This document shows, piece after piece, positions 47,801 to 59,800 of a stretch of 64,000 bases of DNA. The position numbers and the translations under genes are program-made. The notes beneath the pieces were generated by a model, which did no database searches, was not told where the DNA came from, and worked only from the letters and a program-made list of their open reading frames with translations. Position 1 is the first letter of the stretch; every line of letters begins with the position of its first letter. The stretch is from Ascidiella aspersa (taxonomy: Eukaryota): the NCBI GenBank assembly GCA_963924565.1, contig OZ004607.1, positions 10,106,001-10,170,000 of the forward strand, written 5' to 3'.

Positions 47801-50800
47801 CACGGTCATGTCATTGACCTAGGTCATTACAACACTGCCCTCTAGGCAATATCGTGTTACGATTAAAGAAATAGATCAAAACAAAGCATAAGCATGTATT
47901 TGAAATGTTCACAAAGTATTTACTATTTTTAGTTATTATTATTTTTTTTTTGTATACCAAGCGCGACACCCTCTACCAGTTAACATACAACTCATAGCAA
48001 TTCATTTATGCAACATTCGTACAACGACCAACTGTTAATAACGTAACTCATGATAGAATAGAGTTGCGCTACGATTAATACACGTATTTGTCTCACTAAG
48101 TACCCCTTGCGATTTTTACCTAAAATTACCGTATTTTTTTCCTTTCAGATACGATGGGATACCCGGTTTTTCGAGGGGAAAGCGGACCGGATGGCACCCC
48201 TCTCCAGTATGTCCAAGGAATGACCAAAGTCGACGATACTTACGTTGTAACAGCAAGGTAAGTTCCTGAAAACATTTGCCTCACTGGCGAAAGTTAATTT
48301 AACCTTTTTCGGCGTTGAAAAAGTCCGTTTAAATGTTGTTTTGTTTTGTCAGTTTTGAAGTAATGCTGCTGTTAATGTTGCGATTTTGGGGCCTTTTACC
48401 CTTCATGACATCGTTAGTGTGTTTCGTGTTTATGGTGTTTTGTTTTGCAGGAAAGTTAGTTTTATCATTGTACTCAGCAACGCATACTTTTTCAGTCTCT
48501 TTTAGTTCATTGTCGAGTTTTGCGGTCATCGGTGTCAACCCTTTGTCCTTCTTACTTGGTTGATGTCGCGTTATCACATCTTCAATCCTACTTTGTACAT
48601 GTTATGTATTACGTTATAATAACTGAGACCAACCAACGGATGGCCGTAGGTCCACGCGCTTGCGTTTGACCTTTGAGCGCCCGCGCAAGGTCACGCCAGT
48701 CACAATTACAAGCAGCAGATGTCCGCTTCTAACCGCTGTTGTCGCTGCTGTTGCTGCTGTTGCTTTTTAAGAGCTGGTGCTCACACAACTCACGTAACAC
48801 AGTACGGAACCTGGGGAATCAAGCTTTAATCTGCTCAACTAGTGGCCTACGTGTAACTTAAGTCAGGGGTTGTTATACTGGCGTCCGCGAACCCCTTGAG
48901 GGTACGTTGACTAGTTTTAGGGGTTATAGAAGGCCTAAGGAAAATAGTTTATAATATTTTTTAAATGGAGGAACTTTTTTTATTTTTTGAATAATAGTTT
49001 AATTAAAAACAACACTTTTTGGTTCTTTTCTTTTTAATGTATTCAGACTTTTCACATTTTTTCGGACCAAAACAGCAGATTTCTTAAATATTTTTATTGT
49101 GTGACGTTAACTCCAAAAATTATCGCTGACCCTGGTCCATGCGAACCAAAAACATTTATCAGAGGTTCGCGTTTAAAAAAGTTCAAAAACCCTGACTTAA
49201 GTTCGAACGCTCGTTTTTCTGTTTTTCTCGACTCGTCCCCGTGAGACAATCGGCTCGTGTGACGTATAATATGATTGTGACGTACGTAAACAGATCTAAG
49301 TTTTAACAAAGCAAATCCAGCTTAATAGATTGCTTCTGCTTCAAAGCTCTTAATTTATTCACTGCAGACAGATTCGAGCAGCCACTTCGAAATATAGATG
49401 CCAGATACAATGTCTTCGTACTGACACTAGTCCCATACTAGAATGATTTTAATACCAACTCCATACCAACTAATATTGGTGTTACTACCGTGGTTAGCAA
49501 TTCAATACGATTTCTACCGCCAGACATTAATAAGTTTTACAACTGAAGGAAAAACAATTTTATAGTAACCTCATACTATGATCATAATACATGGCTTACA
49601 TGACGACTTGTTTTCGTGCAAGGATAAATAGCAATGTCTCTGCCACAGAGTCTAATAAGCAATGCCCTGTAAATATTTTAACGTTTTATTTTCGAAACCT
49701 AAATTAGTGAAATACGATATGTAGTGACAAAAAGTGCTGCCCTTTCACTTTTGATTCAGAATTTTAACCATGTAAGTCAGTAATACTCAAACTGTGTGCC
49801 GCGGCACACTAGTGTGCCTCGAGAGATTGTCAAGTGTTGCGAAACTTTTCGTAAATTTTAAAAATATGTTATTTGTGTTGCAAATAAGCATGCACGCAAG
49901 CACTTTGGATAAGCACTATTCATTAGAAATTAATAATATTGAGACATTTAGATATATAGCTTGTCGTACGTTCAGGCTGATTGTAAGATTACTCTATTGT
50001 TATTCTGTTAAAAGTTTGCCGCGAAATATTTAAGATTATGTTAGTGTGCCGCAAGCTAGAAAAATTCGAGAACCACTGATGCGGGTCGAACAGGTCAAAG
50101 GGCGTGGACAAACGCAAACGCCAGTTTCCAAATGGACCGCGGCATGTTGGCGCCTGGCAATGGTTATTATCATAGAATTGTCCCCGAACTAGTTCGACTA
50201 TCTTGGCTAGGTTCCATGTTGTTACTTCGGGCGCAAACGCGACGTTTCGAATTTCGCTCATTTGCTTTTCCTCTGTCGGCTTGACTTTTGTGACTCCCAC
50301 TTGGTTGTCCAAGTCTCTCGGGGATTTTCCGTTATTGATTATTTATTATTATTTTTCTTGCTGTGGAAACGAGACCTTGCGATTTTATGGCGTGGGAAAC
50401 GGTGAGACTGAAAATGTCGTGTGTAAATATTCGAACCGAAATTAGAAACGCTCTTTAGGGAATCTCGCCAAATGACACATCGTAGTACCATAGTAGCAAG
50501 TCAAGTTTCATGGTTGTTTAAAACCATTTACCTTCGTTCTATAGCTGTGTTTCTCAACATGTTTTCTTGGCGACCCTATTTTCTTCAGTGAACTTTTTGT
50601 AAGCAAACCAAACATAAAGACATTGGCACTGGGAAGTTCAAATTTGATGAATATCAGACAGGTCTTCGCACTGCTTTCACATTTTTTCTAAATTTTTGAA
50701 GAAATTGCTCTGCACCGATATCAATACATCTAACTATGTTAAATTCTGCAGTCGGCGACCCAACCAAATTAAACATCGGTCCAATTTTGTGTAGCTATCC

Positions 50801-53800
50801 ATATGTTAAGATATACTATTCTATTGGCATGCGTAAAACACTATCCACGATATGTTTTGTTTGGGATTCCCAATTGATAATAATCCAAGTCCCATCGAAC
50901 CGTTCAGAGTGGTTCTTAAATTGCCGGATGGCCGAATACGAGAGAGTGAAGGGTCCTACATGGGCCTATACGTCAGAGCCCATCGTACTAATCGGACAAC
51001 GGCTAAGTACGACTTATTGCTTTTGTAGAGTGTAGGTATAGTTTCATTGCGTCTAACCGCGCCCAGGTTTGGCCCAGATCGGCAGATTTAATATCTATTG
51101 CCTTTTAAAAACTGCGCTCACCCCTAATTTGACAATTAATGCGAGAAAATATAATACCATTCAAAACACTAAACGCAATATTAGCTTTGAAATAATAATA
51201 ATTTAATCGGTGCATCGCGGATTCCCTGTTTTTGCTTTGTTTTTCAAAAAAATGTGAGTCCTACCTGCCCCTAAACCAGTATTTTTTAGAGCAAAAAATT
51301 CATTAAAGTGAAGAAAAGCTTTGCTTAATGTTAGTTTCCTATTGATTTTTATAATTTTACACGGATCCTTTTTAATACTTTTGCATCCATGTTTTTTTAT
51401 AATATTTCTGAACAAGTTAAAATAGTCCGCACCGTAATTTGTTTTAAAGTTGAGAAGCACTGTTCTAAACCAAAAGGTGGACTTTATAAGATTTTCCTAT
51501 TTTTGTGTACAATCTCTAACGTGATTTTATATGATATTTGGTATTGTATTCCCTTTTTTAATTATTATTATTTGTTCATTTAAGCAAAATATGAATCACA
51601 TTCGGTGAACTATAACCTCAAAAACATGTTTTGTACTTGGTCGTAATTTGATCCCAAGCTTGTATACAGAAAAAAAGATGAAATGGAATCATTTGTTGTA
51701 AGTATACGCCCCCCGTTACCACCCTGACACAACTCGAGGCGACTGGAGTTTGCTCAGGGGTGTGTGCTCCCAATTGAAAACCTCTTGTAAGTGATCGTAT
51801 GTTGACATTTGTTATTGCTCCGTGTCGTGTTGTTGGGTTTGACTGACGCAGCGACGATTTCAATTCGGGTCGAGTTGGTTTGATTTGGATATGGATGACG
51901 CTTGTTTAGATGTTGGTCTTGCCCCTTGAGTAATTCAAGGTCGCGGGAATCTAGTTCGTTGGGATGTTATGGTTTAAGTTTGTGGTTAAACTTGTAACAG
52001 ATTTAGGCAGTATTTATCTGAATGTTTAAGAATTTAATTTTTATGTTTAATACTAATATAGATTTTTCAAAAACTGTTTCTTACTAACATTTATTTGGAC
52101 GGCCCCTATATGTTTAATGCAGGGATGAGCAAACTTAAATGGGCCAAAAAGTTTATTTTTAAAATGGGTCAAAAAGTTGTTCAGTTATTTTCTCGAAGTT
52201 TTCTAAAAACTGGTATCTTGGAAAAAATTCAATGTTGAATTAGCTAAACCTTGACCTTCGTAATCGAAGCAACCCAACCCCCCAGCCTCCGCCCCGCAAA
52301 AAAAATCGCGTCAGATTTAGTGAAAAGTTGAACTATCACGCACGCCCGTTTACGTTCAGCGGACCGAGGCCCGTAACGCGTGTAAACACGATTAGTAGCA
52401 ATCGCTCGACGTTCATTGTTGTGGGGATATGCCCTGTCACCCACTGCCCCACCCCACATTGATCCGGGACTTGATCGACGCGACCAAACCTCGTTTTTGA
52501 CATTTGCAAATCAAAACTGCGATTCTTCGTGACTAGATATTTAGTTTTTTCTTATTTTTCTTATTTCTTTCTTATCCCTAACTTTGCTATGTATATGAAT
52601 TTCACGAAAGACAAATGTCTGATCTTTTTTTAACTTGGGTTTTTATACGTCGAGTTTCATTGTTTAGATATGAAGTGTTGTCGTTTTTTACAAAATTAGT
52701 TAATATTTCGCAATTTAGCGATCGCTGGACAGTACAAAATGCGAAAATTATTCTTTTTAATTTTTTAAAAGAAATTCTCGCAGTCAAACAAAGTTTGTTC
52801 ATATTGATAATGACGAAAAGATATGCCTAAGTAAATGGCACTCAAAGTTCCTTAACAGAAAAATAATTTTTACTAGCGTTATGCAAAACGGATGTAGTTT
52901 TGGAGATAGCTTGAAAACAGTCAATTTTGGTGAAAATGCTTAAAAACTCACACTGGCACAACGCTCACAACGCTATAGTGTTTCTCTCAACACCACGCAC
53001 GGCTTAATCAACCTTAATTGTGGTCGTTAAAACCTCGACAGGGCAAACACAACAGTGTCCGACTCCCCCCCTATATTCCCGTTTATTCCCCCCCCCCCCC
53101 CCCCCCCCCAAAAGCGATCGGTTTCTTTGGGCAGCGCGCCTGGCTGCTAATGATACGTGAAGCAGCGGCTATTACAGTTGGTCGGCCGTTTTAAAAGTCT
53201 CCACTTTTTAGCCTAGCCGTTGAGCGGCGTTCAGTTTTTGTCTGCGCGAGATTGACCGATAAAGCCCTGTTTGAAAAGTCTCCGGTTACAAACCTGACTG
53301 GTGCCTCTGTTTCTTTGTCTGCGCTGCTGCTAAGGCTTTGCTGGCTGCAAAACGCTTAATTTATGATAAAGTGTTTTTTTAGTACTTTAAACGCTTTCGC
53401 TTTATTGGGGCGGGTAGTTTTATCTACACCAGTCACGACTGTCAGATAAATTTTAAACTTTTGTGTCTAAAGACGGTCTTTTTGTGAGATTTCTTTAGAA
53501 ATGCATTTCACCAAAAAGGCATATTTTGGCTTTAATAAATTAAGAAACGAAACAACGCAAACATAAAAAACTGATTAGTAACAAGTATTACGAAAGTAAA
53601 AACTACAGCGGAACTAACACTATATTTGGGCAGGACGACTTGTAAAAGTTAGAAATTACAATTTCAATTATATTTGCATCTTTTGTTCTTTACCGTCGCT
53701 TTGCTAAATGCGGGCGGGAATTTTCTTTTTTAACAGATACAGTAAGCGGGTTGAATAGCGAAAGCACTAATCACCTTTTATTTTCCCGATTTACGAATTT

Positions 53801-56800
53801 TTGGCGTTTATCAATTACGCCGCCTCTTTATTAATAGTTGCGCTGTGACTCATAAAAGCAGCAGTTCTCCTTCAAAATTAGCGGACCCGCAGTAAACGCC
53901 CAACACTTTATTAAGGCTATTTTTTTCGGCAAAAAAGTCTTTGACCCCCTCGTTTTTCCAGCTGATTGACCCCGGGCGCAGATGAAAAGGCTGGCCCAGT
54001 GGGGGCGTAATCCGATCAGCGCTGACCCCCATGTGGGCCCAGTAGCCCCAACTGAGCTTGCGTTGACCCGCTTTTGTTCCCCGGATTTTCACGTGACCCC
54101 GTTTTGTGGTCGATAAACACCTTGCCTGTTGTATAGTTGTGGTCCACGTACACATGGCTTTGAGTAGATGGGCTTTCGGATGCTATAGTATGGGCGGTTC
54201 GTTATTGTCAAGATGTCAACGCTCTGTTATTGTTGATGCTAAAGTGGTACTTCCTGAGCGCTAGATGAATATTGCCGTTGTAAATAGGATTGTTGCTGCC
54301 CACATGGATGCTAGTTAAAATGTTTTTTGTAACGAGCCTCAGTATGTAAACCTGACACTAGGGATGCTCGATACTTGACATTTTATTCGGTTCCCGATAC
54401 CCGATATTTTGGACCAAAAGAATCGAGATCCGATCTGATACCAAATAACTTCGTCACTTTGCTTAAACAGGGAAATAGGTGAAATTGAAATGTCCAAAGG
54501 TATTTTTGTGGTTATTAGGCGGGTTAGGAAATTTAGCAAGAAGCTAGTTGGTGAAATGGTGTAATTTTACAATTTATATTTTTATTGTTTACCATAATAT
54601 AATCTAGATTTGAACGCCAAATAATAAAAAGTAGTTTAAGATTTCGTAATGTTTACGATTTAGAGTTATGTTTTGGGCGAATTTATCAGTCATTGTATAT
54701 CGTTTTTCTTGTCATCTTTGTCTCGTTTTTCTTTCTTGTTTTTTTGGAGGGGTAATCAAACTCAATTAGGTTCTCCAAAAGGGTAACGACACTTAAAAGG
54801 TTAAGAACCTCTGGCCTAATGTCTGGTTACCTGTCATCGCCCACAGATTTGATTGCTTTGTGACGAAACACTATAAGAGGTGTAGCGTCACGCTCGAGCG
54901 ACCACGGTCAGACGCCTACTCCGATGATGGAATAAGCCCGACTTGCTTTCCCCAATCGTGACTCCCGGTTTGGGGTTTCCTTTGCTTGGCTTTGGGGTTA
55001 TTCTGGGTCGCCTGATTGCGGGTTTCGCATAAGGCCATTAAAAACCACGTTTAGCTTTTAGCTTGGTGTAGTCGTTTTCCTGTTTGGCCTTTTTTGTTGT
55101 TGTAAAGTTTGACGTTTCGCTTGCTTACTGGCGCTGTATGAGAATTTCCTGTTGCTATTTTTTGGCAAATTTTAACCTTTTGGTTGCCTAGTTCTCAGTG
55201 TTATAATGACTCGACTGAACTGCACTCAAGTCGCTGCTTACGAATATCTTGACGCTTGATTGCGAGTTATACTCAAAACCAGTAAAAACCTCGTTATCTT
55301 TTTTCTCAGCCCAGTTGCTTTCCTGTTTCGCTTTTTCTTTTGTGTGAAGTTTGACTTACCTACAATGACTCTAGATAATAAAGTTTCGTCGCTGCATTTT
55401 TTTGCAATTTTTTGATTCTCACAACCCAGTCAAGGCAGTCATGCTCATTAACAAGTTGTTGTTTTTAAACTTGTGATATTTTTGGTTGCCTATTGGCGCT
55501 CAAAAAGCATTTGTTTTTGCTGTGCTTCGGCAAATTTTGACATTTTGGTTGACGAGTGGCGCTACTCAATAATGTCATGTTGCTATTTTATCTTAATTTT
55601 AACTTTTTGTTGCCTAGTTATTAGTGCTGTTAATGCCCTGACTTTAGTGAGCTACTTAAAGTCATTGCAACACTGTGTATATGATCGAAGTTTGGGTAAT
55701 ATAAAAACTGGATCGTCGCAGACTTTTGCAGTAAAACTTTCCTGGGATCAGGTCGTGCTGTTGTTGTTTTTTGGCCCGGGCGAAAAGTCAGACGCCGCAT
55801 CCTATCTTGTCTCGAAAATGTTGCGATTAAAGCATACGCCCGGACAATGCCCGGATAAAGCGATTTGCGCCGCAGCTTTGGCTTGTACGCTCTTGCAGCG
55901 CTTCATAAACACTGCTGGATTTATTTAGTCAGTGTCAGATGCTGCACAATTTATTATTCGCCCAAAACTGTGTAAAGAAGAAAAAATAAACTTTATTCGG
56001 TAACAGCAATGTGAAGTTCTTGTATAACAGCGCGATAGAGTGTAAGCACTTAAATAAGACTTAAAATCTATCTTTATTGTTCAACTTCTGCCTTTTATGT
56101 AAGTCAATGATAAAACTTAGCTTAATAAATTAAAAAAAAGTTATTCTATTTAAAATTTAAAACAAAATACATAGCTCTGAGTCAGAAATCGTCTCATAAA
56201 CATAATTGGTGTGAATCAGTTTAAGCCTAACCGTATTTTCTATTTATTTTTCAGGGACAACTTGTTCGTAATGGATCCAGGCTCAGATCCAAACGCAGCG
56301 GGAGACATCAACAGTAAACAGGTTCGTTTGTGACCCTTCTGTTAAACCTAACCTAAGTACAAGATATTTGGCCACAACTCTTCCAGTACTTTTGACTACT
56401 TTAACTTCTGTGCACTGGTTGATCAATCGAAATGTTATTATGAAAAATACGATAATTGGGTCAAACTGAGCAAATTTTACCAAAAAGGACCTAAAGAAAA
56501 CTCATAAGTCGAGACATTTGTCTGAAATACTTAAGTCAAGTCAAGTAATTTTACCCAAAATACTTCAAATCAAGTCACTTGAAAACAACAGTGTTATTAA
56601 AACACTTAGCCGTGTCCAAGGCATACCGCCATTTGCCAGAAAGAACAGACTGCTGAGTAGAAGGAAATAGGCACTTTATAGACCCTTACAACCAATAGGA
56701 TAAGATTACTAAAATATCCTAACAGTATTCCCTAAAATATCCCAACACTATTTCCGCCTTTTATTGCCTCAATAGTTTTGTCGCTGAATCTAGTTTTAGA

Positions 56801-59800
56801 CTATAGGTTGTAAGGGTCAATAAAGCGCCTATTTCCTCCTAATCAGCTGTCGGCTCTTCTGGCAATGGCGGCGAGTCCATGCAATCCATTTATGGTAAAA
56901 AGAATCTGATTTGAAACCGGAATTCTGACCTAAAATGTCGTCCAACTGAGATTCGCTTTCCCGAAAACTTTGTCGAAGCGCGAACACAATCGAATTCGCA
57001 CATGAGAGGCGTTCGATTCGTTTTCCTTTGTGGGCAAATACTGCGTAAGCTAGAGAAATGTCGGAATAAAAAAGTCATGCGTTTGCTACAAAACACTTTG
57101 AGCAAGATAATTATTCTCCATTTACCCCTGGTGCTTGACTATGGCGGTTTTGTGTCAGGGGTCTCTTTTGAGATAAACGTTTCTATACTCTTGTCGGTAG
57201 GTATAGGAGATGATATGCAAACGTGAGCCCGATTCGTGTGCCTACGTAATACCAAGTGCAAAGTCCGACGTACAAACTAAACAATACGCACCAGGCATGT
57301 TTATGAAATCCGGGCTACTGCAGCTTCCTCGTGCGTGTGATACTGTCGACGATGTCGTTTTAAGTAACCCGGGCTGTACAGACACGAAATCTGCGGTTAG
57401 TTATCAAATTTTCTTCACCTAGGTCCTAAGGCGAAAACGCTCAACTGCTGCCAAAAAGCGGCTGGGACGATTTACATACAAATACTGTTTTTTTAGAATA
57501 ATATCGTGTCGTGCGTATCAAACCCTTTAGCCGGTTTACCATTTTCCGACCAGCTTTTTAGTTTGACCTTTTTATGAAGTTTTTATGAAGTTGGGTGCAA
57601 ATTTATGAAGTTGGGTGAAAAAAGGGGACTGACGGCTTTTAAATGTCGTGTAAGCCACCTAAGGGCTTATACAAATGTCAAAAAAGTTTTGGAAACAGTC
57701 GCAAAAACCAGACCCATTCGGTTAAAAAGAGGCAAATTCAAGTACTTTTGTTTGAAAACTGGAGCCATGCCGTTGAGATAGCGGTCATTGGACTGGCGCA
57801 GTAAATAAAAAAAACCTTTTAAAATCCTGCTTGGCGCTTTCAGCTTATGTAATCTGGCCTATATGGCGGAAACAGGACCGAATATACAAAACACATACAG
57901 ACACGCGCACATAACCTCCTCGTTTATTTACGTGTTTTGCCCAGAACAACGGGCTATTCGTTACAGCGAATCGCTCAGCTCAAAAGCCGTATCTGCCAAA
58001 AAAGAAAGAATCGGCCCGGTTCAAAACGCCCTAGGCGCTCAAGGCATGTTAGGCTAATTGCGACCTAGAAACGCCGATTTAGGCTCGCTGCAATTAATTT
58101 TGCGGAATAGCCAGCCATCATGCGCTTAACTTCAATAGGCTTCTGTGCTCGAGTCCGCAAATTGCCAGTCTTCTGCTTGTTGTGGCTCTTCGCAGAGAAG
58201 CCGGCGGTTTTTTTAGTTGGACACTTGACTTGAAATGCCGAATGCAGCTGGCCGACATTTTAAGCTTGCCTTTTTGCCGGTTTAATTTCGATTTCTATAG
58301 GTGCCCTGACACGTTAAAATGCGCGAAATTTTGCTGCAGAATTAACGTGAGCGCTTTTAAATGCCGCTAACTCAATTGCGTCTTTGCCACTGAAGTTACT
58401 TGAAACGTCCTTTTGGTAACTGCCGATGTTAACTAAATAAAAGCAAAAAATACAAGAAAAAAGTTATCTTGTGAATTCCTGCTGGTTTATCTAAAGATGA
58501 TTTTTTAAATACCTTTTTGACAACAAAGTGGTAAAATATTCACTGTTTAAGGTTCAAAGGCACCAAATTACGATCCAATATTATCAGATATCCCTGGTTT
58601 ATATAGCAATAAAATATACATTATTGGACAACCCTAACAATTTTTATCACGTGTAGGTGATTCACTGGCCCTCGGACAAGGCTGACATCGACTTATGCCA
58701 CAACAAGGGAAAGTCGGAGCTCCAGTGCCACAACTACGTGAAGATCTTTGAGCCGCTCACCAGAGCCGACCACACGGCGATCGCTTGCGGAACGAACTCG
58801 TTCAAAGCGCAGTGCAAGTACTTTAAGGTAGGGCGATTTAAAATATTAGGAGCCACGATGTTGTTTCATCTATTTGTGGAAAGCTTGAATGATTTCGGCT
58901 TACTTTTTTATTTTGTGTTCGGGGAAGCACCTAAAACGGAAGCGTTGTCAAACGAAAAACAATCCAATGCGACAGAAAATATTCGATGTTTGTGTTTTTT
59001 ATTAAAAAAATTATGCAAAAATATATAAGAAAAAATAATCATCCCGAAAAACGAAGACTTTTTTTGGTCTTACTAAAACATTTCTTTAATTATTAAAAAT
59101 AAATAAAAAAGATCAATTTTGTGTATGTGTGTTCTTTTTAGGAGATCCAAAGTTTATCTTTGCCATAAATGATTGCTTATTTTCTGTGTGTTTATAGTGA
59201 AAACAATTGGGTTCCTATAGGAGTCGTTCTTATAAGTTATTAAAATTACATCACTTTTAGCTAAATTGTTTATATCCATGCTTTTAATTGCGTGTTTTTA
59301 TAATGTTATTTACCATTAGTAGAACTTTTCTATACCCAGACCGAGACTCAGACATGACTTACTCATTTCACGTTAAAACAAATACTTTAAAAAAAAACCT
59401 ATTCTGATAAATAAAACGTTGTAGCCTGAATAGGCGTTGTCATGGAAAGTTGTACAGAACACGACTGTATTCGGTTATATAATATTAGTAAATAAAACAC
59501 AGTCCAGCCTAAATTCAATAGAATATTATTCCATGAATCGCCTTGATCTTTGTTTAATTTATATACTTACAGCCTAAACCAGTCTAGACATTGAAAGCTG
59601 TAAACTATTAAGTACGTTAATAAATCACAAGTCAGGGAATCGTTTAATTCGCTATTTATTTTCTTTGCGGTTGTTCGCTTCATAAAAAAAATTCACGGTT
59701 TCCTTTCTCGACTTGAGCAGAAGCTGGCCAACGATGACTGGGAGATGACTCCATCGCAGACCAAGATTGGGAGCACGGCTTGCTCGTTCGATCCAGATGT

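Noticed and set aside
55473-55928. 151-aa hydrophobic ORF in semaphorin intron 2
   Set aside because: Overlaps T-rich MITE family D debris; non-ATG start; no recognisable motif.
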